Positions 14,271-28,378 of a stretch of 64,000 nt of DNA are shown one piece after another (position 1 is the first letter of the stretch; each line of letters begins with the position of its first letter). A model generated the notes under the pieces. That model saw nothing but the letters and a program-made list of their open reading frames with translations. It did not search any database and had not been told where the DNA came from. The stretch spans positions 62,001 through 126,000 of the forward strand of contig CBFFRP010000352.1 in NCBI GenBank assembly GCA_965644295.1, in the 5' to 3' direction. The position numbers were made by a program, and so were the translations under genes. The DNA is from Paraphysomonas bandaiensis (lineage: Eukaryota > Protista > Chrysophyceae).

Positions 14271-14872
14271 TTGGTACCTTTATTCTCGGGGTAAAGAGTA
14301 TTGTCTCTCCTTCTTTTCGAAAATTTAAAGAACTCGGTAATTTCGTACGCTATAACGGTAATATATCGCGGATGATATAGACTGGTACTTATGAATCATC
14401 TGTTATATTCGCATATGTTGTTGTATAATTATTAATTATAGAATACCTTAAATCTTCTATAAACTTGATATCTGTAGCTGAATCGTTTGTTATATCGAAT
14501 AGTCAATCCCATAATTTATAGTGACGAGATGATTCAATCCCTCAACAAAGTCGGACTCGCACCTTTTCGTAGTGTTCTGGGGGATAAGTACCGGAGATAA
14601 TTCTCCAAGAAACTAACATGAGTCGCATATATAGTCAGCAGATATCGTTCTGACCACTCATAGTCGAATACTTGTGTGGTACAAGAGGGGCACTAATACA
14701 AATAATGTCACTTTTGTAGACGTCTTTAGCCTTGACGAATAAACAGGTATTCGGGTATGGATCACCAATTTTTAGCTGCCTGCTGAAGTTCATCTAAGGA
14801 CTCAAAAATCCTGAAGTCAGCAGATGTCAGATATATCAACATTCCGCTTTACCCCGAGGTTTAAGGTACCAA
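14271..14872. mobile_element. Degenerate TIR (MITE-like) element carrying a fragment of the dispersed A/B repeat family
   Basis: TTGGTACCTTTATTCTCGGGGTAAAG (14271-14296) is the reverse complement, with a 4-nt patch of differences, of CTTTACCCCGAGGTTTAAGGTACCAA (14847-14872). No clean TSD. Confidence 0.5.
14539..14849 (+). repeat. Dispersed A/B repeat family, B (5') module copy
   Basis: Starts CCCTCAACAAAGTCGGACTCGCACCTTTTCG...GGGGGATAAGTACC; reverse-complement match to 37367-37743 and 56557-56950. Confidence 0.85.
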
Positions 14873-15347
14873 TTATTGAGAAGCGATAGTATGTGCAGTT
14901 GTTTGCTGTCTACGGGGTTAATATAAGGCGCATTCCAGTTGGCTGTACATGACTGAACCATTGAATGAATAACTGGTCAAATTACATATTTAGACGACAT
15001 GGGGACGAGTGTTAGAGTAATTTATACAATAATACAATACAAGAACCTGCCTCCGAATACTACTGCTTTTTACATTTAAGAGGTATTCAGCTACGAGCAA
15101 GTGTTTACTAAAAGATAATTTCTGTGATATTTCAACTCCCATCATTTAGTACTTCAGTACTGTCTACATATTTTAAATTGTATTATATAAAGGTTGTTGG
15201 GCAATCAAATGGGGGCATATATATCTTACTTCCATTCAACTGGGATTGTATATAATATCAAATACTTATAATAACTGATACGATAATCTAGTTGGCCACA
15301 CGTCGCAATACAAACACATTCAAAGTACTAGAGGGTATTAGGGAGTG

Positions 15348-17575
15348 TCATGTGGAACCTGACTTTGACTCCAAACACTCCGAAGAAGAGGGTGCCTTAC
15401 TAGCCTCAGGCTGAGATGACCCATTCTCGCTATCCGTGTCAAAGTTGTGTAGCTGAGGATCATCAAATAGTTAGTATCATAGCAGCATCAATAACAATCC
15501 AAAATACCTCTAGAAATGATTTCACTAGAGGTAGGAAGAGAACATCGGGACATGTCTTAAGAAGTGCCTGAATACATCTCTGTACAATTTCTCAGAACAT
15601 CGATAACTGCCATAGCAAAATACACCAACCTCCAACTCCACTATTCTAAAGCGGACAAAATTTCCGTTGACATCGACCTTGGACGGTGAAGAGGGGGCAT
15701 TTATGCCGATGCTGCGATAAGCTGGAAAGTTCAGCTTGGCGATAGCTTCCGGTGACAAAGTTACGCTTAGCACTTCCTTTATCTGGGTCGAAAAATTGGA
15801 AACTGTCTACGGGATATTGAAAACGTCATACCTCACAAAACCATCCAGTAATATCTTTGAAGCGGCGGAACACAGAGTGTGTGGCATTATCAAGCACCCT
15901 AAATCATCAATCACTCAACAAAACGTCAAATTATAAAACTGTTTCGCACCTAGTAACTTGAAGCTCGTATTCGACATACGGCACCCAGTTATAAACAGAG
16001 AACCCTGGGAACATTGGCCTGCAGCAAGTAAGTAAGCATTTACGACATCAAGCGCACCCTTACCCCTGTCGTTGTCGAGCTGACTTCACAGTCACATAAA
16101 AGGGGCAGATGCGTCTGTCCTGTTCCGTTTGATATTAATCATCGTTTCTCAAAAGTAGAGGACAGTGACAACTACTCACCACTGAAGACATAACAGGCAC
16201 AACACTGGGGTTGACAGGTGCTGGTGTTGGCGAGAGTGTGTAGCTTCCGGCAGATACGGAGCCGCTTCCTGTGCTCTCAAGCGACCTCCTTCCTTCTGCT
16301 GCCCCCTCGGCAGAGTGTGACTCCAATCCTTCTGTCGCACCTCTGTCATTATATAATTAAATACCTCACACGAACATAAATATTGGACACCCTATACTTC
16401 TACTCACTTGGAAGGGGTAGCATAGGGGGAAATAGCACGAGTGCGTAAAGTCGAGGGGTCAGAGAGGCGCATGGTCCAATGGCTCGGAATCTTATATAAC
16501 CTCAATGAGCAATGTACAGCAACATACATTGGCAATGATAACAGTACAAAAAAACGCACCTCAAGGAAAGCTGACAGAACATCCACCACATTTTGGCACT
16601 CGAATCCTCCTTGGGATACTACTCCTCTCATAAAATCAAAGAGGCCCTGTCTGCGTGCTTCTAGTTTCTCTTCCGAAAGTGTACTTATACTACGTGGAGG
16701 GAATGCTGGCATCATATGGTTTTTATCGCCAGATACCGTTGCCAGCTCACGACAAATGTATGACCGCAGAGCATGGAACTGTCTGTATCGATAATACACG
16801 ACCCATTTGCGCTCCTCATCGAGTGAGACGTCCACGCGATACATTACAACCGGGCTACCCAGGTTAGGTGCCAACCGACTTTCTCCGCTCTTGTCAATCG
16901 TCAGGTCCAACTGCACATTTCTCAGAGTGTTGCTTGTGTGTGACTTTGTTTGTCTCCAGTTGCAAACTGCCTCCCATCCAACGAACGGTATGGGCACGAC
17001 CGGTATGGCATGTACAATGTTAGATCGCTGGTATTTACGCGCAACCGACACGCTCCCATGCTGTACGAAGGAAATATTAAATACAATATAATATATAAAT
17101 AGGTCTAAAAAACTGAGTACCTGAAGAGTGGTTATCAAGAAGCTGACATTCAATTCCAATCCATTATTCGTCAGCTTATATTGCTCAAGTATTCGTAGTC
17201 CCGGTTTCGGACCAATCATGATGATAGAACACGAATCAAAATGTGAGTCCATATCCACGACTGCTCCAAATACTGGCCCTTGAGTTGTCTGGAGCGCACA
17301 AAAGATACTAAGCTCTACAAAATATACACACAGTAGCTCACCGGTACGAAGTTCAACCCTTGCAAGCATATCGATCTGATGCATTCCGTCTTCGAGGATT
17401 TATAAGTGAAAAATACTTCTTCTTTCTCCCTTACAACTTGTTTAATTGTGAGGGCGCTCGACTCCGAAGAGCTTAATCTGCTACCATACAACTCTTCAAA
17501 TATGGAGTTATCGAGAGATCTTTCAGCAGGCACACTCTTCGCTATCCATGATCCGGTTAGACAAAAGTCCATCAC
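15348..17575 (-). CDS. Protein with two PX (phox) domains (multi-exon)
   Basis: PX1: VMYRVDV...WVVYYRYRQFHALR...PAFPPRS...LEARRQGLFDFM...AFLE. A second PX-like end appears after splicing: FPAYRS...RIVELE|RCIQALL...LVKSFLE. Stop at 15348. Confidence 0.75.
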
Positions 17576-18217
17576 ACGAAGTTGTGTTAGATAACTTCAA
17601 TACTTTTCTGACCGATAACAGAGTAGAGGAGGGGTATGGTATGGTATGCTATGATGAGGTGTGTGTCCTCACTTGTGATTAACTTAACTGAACCACAGAA
17701 ATGAAATGATTCACGAGGTGTCTGTTATCTCACTCCACTCTCAAACTTTATTGTAGAATAAGCAGAGTCTATAGCCTGACTTCTTGTGTGTAATTATATA
17801 CAAATGATGGAATGAGTCGACTGCAGTGATATCAATAGGCAGAGTCTCTACTGGTGATTCGTATTCATGTTGTGGTCATTCGACTGCTGCATCATCTTAT
17901 GGACGTATTCATTCACGTATGGAGTGGAGTATACGGCGACAAGCCGTACTGCTGTACTGTAAGTTGAACTGGTACATATATAAAGTACCACGTATGTATA
18001 CATGGAGAATACCATAGCCTTCATTCCTACTGCTGTATGGAGCAACTGTGTCTTGGACTTGTATTTGGACACACTGTCACACACTGCGACTCTAGAATAT
18101 GGAATACAATTACACGATATCATACTACAGTATACAGCATACAGCATACAGCATACTATACACTTGATCTTCACCTATACATACCCTCATCATAGTTCAT
18201 CACCATACCATACATAC

Positions 18218-21200
18218 ATGGAACACCTTCTATCGAACAACTACAGCGAGAGCATAGCGATCTTCGATACTCATATCGAGGAGGCAATCAGCTCGAATGC
18301 TTATGCTTCACTCGCTGTGCTATACTGTAACAGAGCAACAGCGGAGTTAGGTATATACCTCTCAATGATATACATAAATACACATACTGATACGCGATGT
18401 TGCTATCAGGTCTAGAGCTGTATCGGAGATGTATTAAGTCCACAGAGAAAGCTCTAGCGGTGGATGCCGGATGCTTAAGGGCGTATATTTTGCAAGGGAA
18501 GGCATATATTAGTATAGGGAAGGAAATGAATGCGAGAAGTGTGTGGCAAAAAGGTATAGATCACTGTGATGTGTTCTGTGATGCCGCCATGGTATTGGAA
18601 TTACATCAGTGCCTTGCGCTATTAGAAAAGACCAATTATGGTGCTGGGAATTCCTCTAGTGAAAATGACTTCAACACTATACGATCCAGTGATCTGAAGT
18701 CACTTGCGTCGTGTACCCCTCCCCCGCCGCCTTCTCGTTTGTCCCACAGTTCTTCGACTTCTTCCTCCCCATCTCCGCAGCAGCAACCTCAAGCTCGGGC
18801 ACTATATACATCTCCTGCCTCATCGACAGCTAGCTCAACCACATCACCGACTATTCGGAGTAAAACCACTCCAACACCGACCTTATCATTGGCGCATCTT
18901 GGAATCCTTCGGGACCACTTTATCGGCGAGGAGGGAAAAGACGGTGATGGCAAGATCCATCCCTCCTATATTGCTTCAGCCAAGCAGGCTCTCTCTCATG
19001 CCAGTGGCGAGAGTGTGGTAGATGATTTAATTGCAGTTGGATATCTTCTTGTCAATTCAAATAACCTTTCTGCAGCTTGTGAGCTTTTCACCACTCTATT
19101 GCATTATAAGTGAGTTGTCTATATGCTTGTATTGGCAATATGTATCTAGTGCTGCTTTAATATCCGTCATATAGACCGTTCAGTATGATTTATTACGTTT
19201 GTGTAGGTCAGATCTGTTTGCAGCCCATCTTGCTCTTGGTAGCGCGTATGCTCTGCAGGGGGAGTATGATGAAGCCATATCATCCTTCACTAAGGCTATT
19301 GCTATAGATCCAACGGTGAGAATCATGCGGCTGTGTATCACTGAATGCTAATCACACATGAACTATTGTAGTGTGATGGGGATAATAAATTTGATGAGTT
19401 TAATGTGGCATTAGGAAGCAGATGCATGGAAACGGCGGGCACAGACTCGTGCTGCCAAGGGACTTACGCAGGATGCGCTCACAGACTACAACCGCTCATT
19501 GGAGCTTGGTTCAGATGCAGACACATATTATCAGCGAGGAGTGCTGTATCACCAAATGAAAGATTATCGTAGAGCCCTTATGGACATCAAACGTCACAAT
19601 GATATGGGTAGTCCACCTTCCGCCCAACTGTGGAACTACATCGGCATGTGTGAGTCACAGTTAGGAAATTTGTCCGGTGCTATAGAGTCGTTTAAAAATA
19701 CAATAGAGATGGATGAGACTTTTGCTGAAGCTCGAATCAATTGTGCACAGATATACAAAGAGGCAGGAGAGTGGAAACTTGCAGATGAGATGTTTGAGGA
19801 AGCAACGCGGAAAGGTAGCAGAATTGTACAAGTTCATTATTTCCGTGCTCTACTTCACTACGGGCTGGGCAACTCTCTGCGTGCGTTGGGATACATGAGG
19901 AGATTTCTTGGCGAGACAGACAAACTGACCACTGCAGAATGTGCGGCTAGTGGTATTGGGGAGCATGAGATAGTGCATAGTCTTGTCATTTCTGCTCTGT
20001 GCTTACAGACAATGGGGGCACTACCTGATGCTCTAGAATACTTCAATAAAGCTCTCGCTCGCGACCCAACTAATATATGTCGAGTACAGAAACATATCAT
20101 GCTCTATTATTACGCTCATTTGGATGCTTCTCCTCGATCTTTTAATATAGACCGCGATCTAAACCCGATACTGAAGGAAATGTGGTGCAAATCGTTACCA
20201 TCATCGAAGTATGCCTTGCCGGATTCTGCGCTTGAACTCTCTGGAATTCATAGCATCGACGCACCCTTCGAACCTCACGAGGAAACGAAGGCACTGTTAG
20301 AAATATCATCCCACTTCTCTTCGTGGGTGCAGTTGCAGACCCCGGGGTTTTTGCCTCATAAGAGACAACAGAGAGCTTTCGGGCTGGCGGCAATCAATAT
20401 GGCGAAAATTCTTTGCCAACATGTCGACAGTTTGATTGCTACTGGTAAACCCATGACGGTGCCAACTGCTGGAGCGAGTGGACATTCTTTGAATGTTACC
20501 AACAGCGTGAATGATGCAACCAGTTCTCAAGATATTCCAATTGGATATCATACTTTCGGGTACCGAGACTTTTTTGATATCGCTGTGAGGTGGCGACAAA
20601 TTTCAGAGCCTAATGATGCTGTATGGTGGATCGACAGGCTTCCGAAGCAGTCGTTTGAGGAGGGATTTGGGCTGCATACTCCAATAATCAATGGGCAGCT
20701 TAAATGCATCCGTTACTACCCTTATTTTTCTATGGGTTTTAATCTATTGAAGAATCTAGCGTCGAAACATTTTTTCTCTGCTTGTGGCACGGAACGTGAG
20801 CTTAGTGACGAGAAGAAACGTTGCATTTTGTCCTGTACAACTTTGGAGGAGGTGTATAGTATAATAGGGGAAGACTTCTATGTAGTCTGTCCTTGTCGAA
20901 GTTCTATAGACGACACAATTATTCTCGAAGGCACCCGACTGACCCTGATGGAAAAAAGCCCCAACGGATTTGATTTTTCGATCCGTAGCCCTGGTTTGCC
21001 GTCACGTTGGGAAGCTATGGATAGGGAAATATCGGCTTGTTTCAATCGTATGGTTGAAGTTCTCGTCCACCTACGCAGTGTATCCAGTACATGTCATACT
21101 GACGCTCTGAAGCGTGAGACATTGAAACTTTTCTTCTACTGGGCAAATTTTGCTCCATTGACTCGAGGCAGCGCGCAATGTGGATATGCGGCACTGTTAG

Positions 21201-21430
21201 CTTGTATACTTGCATCTGGGAATAGTATATCCTCTCCGATTGCTCCAGGAAAGCAATATGATTGGGAAGCTATATTCACTGAAGATCCTGATGAATTCAT
21301 TAACAAAGTTTCAGAATGGGTTCAAATATCGCCGTCAGTGTTCCCTATTGAAGAAATAGATTTTGATTGTGCTATGCCTTCTCTGAAATGTATGTTACAT
21401 AGCTTGATTTTTGACATCTGCGATTCGTGA
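18218..21430 (+). CDS. TPR protein, TTC13 / plant SRFR1-like
   Basis: Multiple TPR repeats followed by the family C-terminal motifs RWRQISEPNDAVWWIDRL...GFGLHTP...IRYYPYF, FSIRSPGLPSRW, NFAPLTRGSA and DWEAI. Exons 18218-18349, about 18410-19109, 19207-19314 and 19414-21430. Confidence 0.85.
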
Positions 21431-22016
21431 TATAAGTTACGTACTTTTTGTGAAGTTTCGGTATAATATTTGGTAATTCACGGTAGCTCAGCCCTCTTAT
21501 CGCTATCGAGAAATATAAAATACGTATTGGTACGACTAAATGTATATTGACGTTTAAAGGAGTCTCTAGATGATTGTGAATACTTCGTAGTTGGCAGTTA
21601 GTGTACTTGGAAAATTTATTATTGAACTGTTTGTGTACACGATGGAATTAGTTTTGAGGTGCACATAGCTATTCTCTAATAATATTCTTGCTAAGTTCTA
21701 TACGGGTTACGCCAACTCATCTGTTGTACATATAGTCATTGTTCGAAGTTCGTAGTACTGAACTTAAGGTTGTTAAACATTGTATCAAATGTGCAATACG
21801 AATATGTTGAAAATTCCATCAAGTATGCACAACGTTTGAGTTGAAGTTTGTGATCAAATCTTATCTAATTGATTCAATTAGTAGTGAATGTCCTATTATA
21901 TTGCTTAGCAATGGGCGTTTAAGAGACAGAACTATGAAGTATTGAAAAATTTAACAGACTAGTTTAATACAAATTAGGGCTCAGTTTAATACACGAGACA
22001 GTATCTGTGAGATATA

Positions 22017-22466
22017 TACCTTCAACAAAGTCGGACTCGCGTATATAGTCAGCAGATATTGTTCTGCTTACTAATAGCCAAATGCTTGTGTGGTACAAAG
22101 GATACCAATAAAAGTGTCACTTATGTAGAGACGTCTTTGGGTCTTGACGAATAAACAGGCATCCGGAAATATGGGCCCACCTCAAGGGCTTCCGGACAGG
22201 GCCCACCTGAAGGGTAACCGGGGTATTGAGCTGTCTGCTGAAGTCAAGCATCCGGGATGTTTACCTTAAGAACTCAGAGCGGAAGTGGTCGCACCTTGGT
22301 GCTTGCGGCGACGTACAAGCAGCTTCCGTAGTGTTAAATAGTAGGATAAAAAAAGTGTGTACTGATTAGTTACATGTAGATGTCTAACTAGTTTTTCTAG
22401 CATTCATCTAGCTACTAAGTTGGTGCAGGTTTTAAACGCCTATTGTTAATAATAAGACTTTCAATA
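22017..22466 (+). repeat. Dispersed A/B repeat family, fused B+A short copy
   Basis: TACCTTCAACAAAGTCGGACTCGC...GCACCTTGGTGCTTGCGGCGACG...AAACGCCTATTGTTAATAATAAGACTTTCA; colinear with the reverse complement of 37168-37746, with small deletions. Confidence 0.85.
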
Positions 22467-22717
22467 GATGTGATTTATAATGTTCAATGAAATATATCAT
22501 GAACTGAATTAGAGAGAGTATCTGTTGAAGATGCATGATCGTCATCATAACGATCGTCATTATCAGATACACTTCTAACTATTCCGTTGTGCGTGATAGT
22601 TATGTCTTATATTGTTATTCATAATTCTTACCTTACTGTACTCATCACAACATTGTTTTACTACTACTAAGAACTAAGATCTATTCTTAATTCTTGTATC
22701 TCTCACTATATTCTATA

Positions 22718-22954
22718 TTCAATGCTACGAAAGCTGGCTGCTTGGGCGTCACCGCAAACACCAAGGTGCATCCACTTTCACTCTTACTCAAAGTAAACGC
22801 AGTGAGCAAGCAAAATGTTGACATTCCTGAAATTCCTTAACAGTCCGGATGCTTGACTGCAGCAGGTACCTCAATAACCCGGTTTCCCTTCAGGGGGGTC
22901 CATTCCCGGATGCCCTTGAGGTGCGCCCATTCCTGGATACCTCTTTCTTCGTCA
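22718..22954 (-). repeat. Dispersed A/B repeat family, degenerate A/B junction copy
   Basis: GCTACGAAAGC...GCGTCACCGCAAACACCAAGGTGCATCCAC...CTCAAAGTAAACGCAGTGAGCAAGC...CCCTTGAGGTG matches 37311-37551. Confidence 0.75.
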
Positions 22955-23154
22955 TCTAAAAACAACAAGTATTGCATGAACACACGGAAGAATATTCTGA
23001 AAGCGGCTGGTGTCGTATAAAAGCGAATCTTGAAAATATTTATTAGTATTCTTCGAAAAATACAAGATTCTAATTTGAATTAACCAACAACCAATTTCTA
23101 TTCCACTTGATAATGATATTATAAACATTTTTAAATTCGATATATTAATTGTGT

Positions 23155-25579
23155 CTACGCCATCAAGAAATTTGTATTAACCACATGCACACGGAATAAA
23201 CCTGCCGCCCCACCATAGGCTACCAACCTGAAGTGTTTTAAATTAAATTCCTGCGCTGCACTGAATATTGGACAAGAGTCTACTCTATGCATTGCAACAC
23301 TAAGAGGTCGGACTACACTTTTTTGTTCATAAGGGATGATGCGCGGACAACTGTCCACAACTATCTCTGCAACACACTCAGTCGAACTAGAATTATCGAC
23401 ATCGGTATTCGATGTGAATTGAACAACGCGAACAACACGGAAAAGTTGTGGCACTGAATTTGTTGGCTTACGACTTGAAGTCAAAAATCTGCCCACAACA
23501 GACCCATCAGAACTCGCCGAGAGGACGTATGGACGAACGAATGGGGATAAAGCAATGGAATGAATATCATATACAGAGCCAACTTCAAATGGGTGACTAT
23601 ACATAGAAACCGCGTATCGTGATTCGTTACTCTGATTCCAGAGTACATTCATATTTACCTATACACAAAACTTACATAACTTCAACTCGAAATATTCTAT
23701 AACTTCATCCCTTTCACAACTCAATATACAATTATAAAAATCACTCACCGAGTTGCTGATGGAGCTCCCATTGAACACAGAACAACCTGAAGAGTCCCAT
23801 GCCACAGAAGTTAACCAAGTGGAGCCGTAAACTTTGCTATATTTAGGACAATATCTATCCTCCAAATGCCAAATCTAAAGAAGTATGGTGACAAAATTTT
23901 GTCATGTACAATACAAATTACCTTTAATGTGGAATCATAACCTACAGACGCAACAATACTGGGGTGATAAGGGCAGAACTCAAGCGATCGTACTCCAGAA
24001 GAGGATGGGTATTTGGCTGCGCGCATGGTACTACCTTGTCTATTACTTAAATCTGTTAGGCGCATAGATGGCTGCGAGATTACGGAGGGTGGTACACAAT
24101 CGGGGGCAGTAGGAGATTGGATACACTGTGCTGATATATTCCACAGTACGATCCCTCCACTTGCCAACCCACATGCCACAGTAGTGGGGGTACTAGATAT
24201 CTGCCAAGCAACAGAGAGGATGCAGTCAGATGGGACAGTGAACTCCCAGGATACAAGAGAGGTATACGGCAACACAGCAGGAGAGCTTATTTCAATTGGC
24301 GACGAGATATTGGGGATTAAAGCAACTCGACACTTTCCATCACCACAAACCATCGCCAGCAACCCCAGCACACACTGATCATTACTCATATTACTAGCCG
24401 TAGAAACAGGACACCACTTCAAGTCCCACACGGGGCCTACGTCATCCATGCCAATCAAATAGGACAGTTCCATTGTTACAGAGGGTGCAGCATCTGAAGA
24501 TTGCTCACTTCTGCTTGCTAGCGTATCTTCTGTGACAGGAAGATTGATTAAAACTCTATATATTTGTAATAAGTTTGGGTGGGTTATAGATGTGTCCGCC
24601 ACCTCAAAAGGATAGTCGAACCCGACACCATACAATTCATCCCATCCTACACTACTAGTAGACACTGCAAGATATCTAGTTTCTGTACGAGAGGAGCCGT
24701 CATATAACAGTGTGGGACAAAACTCTAGGCCCCACACTGATCCCAATGCATGCCCATAGACCTCGCAGTGTTTCCAGCTGGCAACAGACTCGTTCCACTT
24801 CATATCGAAAGTATCAGCTATTTTAGAAGGCGATAAACACTCATATGGTCTCAACATCTCAATCATACAACTACTGCTGTCGTCTAAATTTTCTGTATTG
24901 ACCTGCTGTGTTACACGTATGGAACTCTTGTTCATTAGATTTGGGGTGCAGTATCGTGCACTCCAGCTGTTCAGGGAAGATACATGGTGATAGAGGTTTC
25001 TATAGTGGTCACCCATCCAAGTATTATCACAAAATAACCGCTTCAAGAATACAGAATCTTGTTGAGGTGAAACTAAGTGGTCTGCCGCGTAACTATTGTA
25101 CTCAAACATATTCGCCGACATGCCACGTGAATGTGATCCGTATCTGTTATTTTGACGGGGCTTCTGTTGCTTTTTATTTTTTGCAGGTTGACATTTTACG
25201 CCACTATCTTGTGTTTCCAGAGTGGAAACTGCTCCAGCTAACATAGCTTTTCGCTCATCAACAGAGAGCGTAGCAAACAAACTCATATTACTCTTTTTCG
25301 AAGCACTATCAGTGCTCTTTCCTTTTCCTTTTCTGAACACATTTTGTTAGTGGATATAACGATCTCAAGCACTCACCTTGGCCTTTTCCTAGTGCTGTTA
25401 CCTGTAGAACCACTGGTGTGTCCAGAAACTGTATTTTTCCTATGAAACATACGCATTAAACACATATTGTGGTTATCTACTCGATAGCAGGACCTGCTGT
25501 TAACGGGTGTAGCCATAGCATCACATCCATCAGATGGTTCAGATTCAGGCACGACATCTCCGCTGTCACTTATCATCAT
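23155..25579 (-). CDS. WD40 protein, TFIIIC subunit GTF3C2/Tfc6-like
   Basis: GSVWGLEFCP, YLAVS, GPVWDLKWCP, LGLLAMVCGDGKCRV, ASVGYDSTLK, LSASSDGSV and terminal LVAYGGAAGLFRV are motifs I associate with GTF3C2/Tfc6. Exons 25377-25579, about 23922-25319 and 23155-about 23874. Confidence 0.7.
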
Positions 25580-26714
25580 CCAGTATGTTACATGTATAAT
25601 AAAGTAGTTCGATAATTACGTTAATGTCAGTATCTCCGCTCTATCACCACTAGACTGCTGCATATTCTCCCTCGATCACGCACTGCAACCTACACTGAGT
25701 ACTAAGAAATGCGCTTCTGTTAAGATGCAGCAGCAGTATGTTCAGCAATATACATACAAAGTACTGTGTATTATATGGGGCCTTTTTGCTTTCAGTTGTT
25801 TGTGTTTTCTGAGAAGTGTGCATAATGAGTCTGAAAACCCCTATTTTCTTTCTTTTGGAAACTCTTCATAGGGTATTTTCATACCGCACTGTGGAGTCCA
25901 CTTGCTGTCCAAGACTAAGACTGGTGCCATTGCCTTCTTCTCGTGTATCAACCACAACAACTCAGCGATGATGGCCTTCTCAGTCTCTACTTTGTACACA
26001 CCATGCCGTTTTGCTGTTTGGAATGTCCTGAAATAGCAAAGTCCTTGATCATGTATCTGTAGTTCCGCTCCATAGTCCTTGAGCAAAGGTGGTAGATGGT
26101 CATAAATATCGAACGTTCTTTGGATGTCATATTTGCTTATCAGAAGACCTGTAATGTTTAATATCGCCTTCAGTGGCGACAAGTATTTCCATGAATGATT
26201 TGAAGACTCGGCCTCTTTGTAGTGTACAAGATATTGTTCTCAGCACAGTGATAATCATGACTATAAACCTTTGATTAAGTCTGCCACATAATACTTAATT
26301 AAACTTTAGTTAACAATATTTTAGTATGTTTTAGTATTAGAATATTAAAGCCATCTGAACACGACATCGTGTCCACAAACAAGGAGGGCAGCCAGCACTT
26401 TCTAATGTTCATTCTGTTCTATACTTTGGCTTGTGTTTTCTGACACATTTACGACAGAATTCTGGCATACCTCTTTGGTTGTATAAATGATTACTCGACC
26501 TTCAGGTAAAAATTTTCCTTCTTAGCATTGCCCCAAATTGACCGCGCACCTCTACCTATGTACACATTGCTTGCTTAGTTCAGCGCTTCCCCACTCGGGT
26601 TCTTACTGCATATTCAGCGCTAAATAAAACGTAATAATAATGAAGCTGGTTAGTTTTAGTTGACAGCTAGCAAATAACAGATGGGACTTAATCAAGTATT
26701 AGTTAGCTGCCCAT

Positions 26715-28378
26715 ATATTATATTGAATGTCTGATTATTTAGCAATAGGCGTTGAAAGCCTGCACCAATTAGTGGCTAGAAGAATGCTAGTCATACTAGT
26801 TAGACTACTACCCGTAACTAATCAATACAAACTCTTTTATCCTACTATTTAACGCTACAGAAGCTGCTTGTGCGTCGCCGCAAGCACCAAGGTGCAACCA
26901 CTTCCGTTCTTAGTGTGTGTTATGAGGCTCGCCATGATCGTGTGTCCTGGGACTCACCGGCGCGTGTAATCTGGAGGTCTCCTCTTGGGATGAGACTCCA
27001 CTCGCTATATGATAGATAGCCTTATGTACCTCACGGGGACTGACTTATTAGCCTTATGGCAGTTAGGGGAAACAGTAATATGCCCTTCTGAGATTGGCGA
27101 TCTGGTGGCCTTCCTTTAGGCATTGTTCCAAGTGGCTCGGAGGTATGTGGATGAAGGTCTTGCAAAAGGTTATGGCCTACTGTGAAGAAGCGTCGAAATC
27201 GGCTCTTTTGCTGTCTTAGCCAGCGGTAGAGAACACATGCAAGAGGGTGTATAGCTGTACAGGGGTGGGATGTGAGGGTCATCCGGTGTGTCCAGCTACA
27301 GGGAGTCGAGAGGGAGTGTGATGGTGCAAGAGAGGCAACATCTGATTGAGGAGAGTGAGACTGCGCAACAGAACAAGAGTCACTGAGGTCGAGTACTCTG
27401 ATAGACCTATGCACGAGATGATCGTGATGATGATGATGGTCTGGAGGAGACACTCGGACGTCCTCAGCTGCCCTTGTTAGTGTCTGTGTTGGTGCAGGGG
27501 GGTACAGACTGAGGCATAGAGAGTGTGTGTAAGGAAGATGACGGCAAGGTATCAGAGACGAAGGGAGAGACGATAGTTTGTCTGGGGGTTTTCTAGGAGG
27601 AGGTAGAGTGTACTGTGTGTGTGTATGACACTGCAGTGGTGTTATGAGTGTGTTGGACAGAGAGAGAGAGCTGGTGATGTGTCCAGCAGTACAGGTAGAC
27701 AGGTACATGGACATGGTGATGTGTCCAACAGCAGTAGAGGTATACACGGAATGGTATACATCCTGTAGGACACAGTAGTACAGTAGTCGAGTATACCGTA
27801 TGCGGAATACAGTGTCTATCCAATGAGATGGATGGGCTGTGGGGGTGATAGGTGAACAGGGTGAGGGGGTAGCCTGCTGGGTGGATGGACCACAGACAAG
27901 TTGGGCTGGGTTGTCGTCAGGAGACGGCCCTGTTGTGCAGTGGAGAGGTGTCGAGAGGAGACAGGGGTTGCAGAGAAGGTACATGGGGGCCGTTTGCGTG
28001 GATCTGCTCGCACGAGCCATACTGTAAGTGGTTGTATCCGTAGAGAACCGTGTAGGAGACGAAGGTGTCTCCTTAGGTGATAGCATATGCATGCGGTCAG
28101 CGCTGCATTGGTGCAGGCACGTTGTTTAACTGAAGTAGTTGAGTAGGGTGAAGGTTGCAAGGCCAGGCAGGGGGGCTTGGAGCGTGTACAACATGGTGTG
28201 ACAGGTAATTTGTCGGAAGCGTGGTGGTCAACAAAATGCAGCAGTAAGGGAGTGTAAAAGGCCCTGGGCACACTGATGTGACTCAGCCACGGTCTCAATA
28301 GAGACATTGGGCTTGGAGCTGGTTAATAGGGTGAAACTTTATGTTGGACTGTATTTGCCATCGTAGGGCAGAGAATTA
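26715..28378 (-). mobile_element. Long, 5'-truncated copy of the A/B family (probable non-LTR retrotransposon remnant) with 12-bp TSD
   Basis: Flanked by direct repeat TTAGCTGCCCAT at 26703-26714 and 28379-28390. A module at 26715-26910. C-rich minus-strand ORF 27031-28092 (Pro/Thr/His-rich; PPPRKPPD, KGRPPD). 27031-27500 is homologous to 57201-57640. Confidence 0.7.

Noticed and set aside
21904-22449. Apparent TIR element TTAGCAATGGGCGTTTAA...TTAAACGCCTATTGTTAA
   Set aside because: Better explained as an orphan A tip facing an inverted full copy; other copies lack the second repeat and there is no TSD.
26500-26575. NVYIGRGARSIWGN resembling DUF4326
   Set aside because: Frame closes after a few codons and the downstream CWC..CHGD motif is absent.
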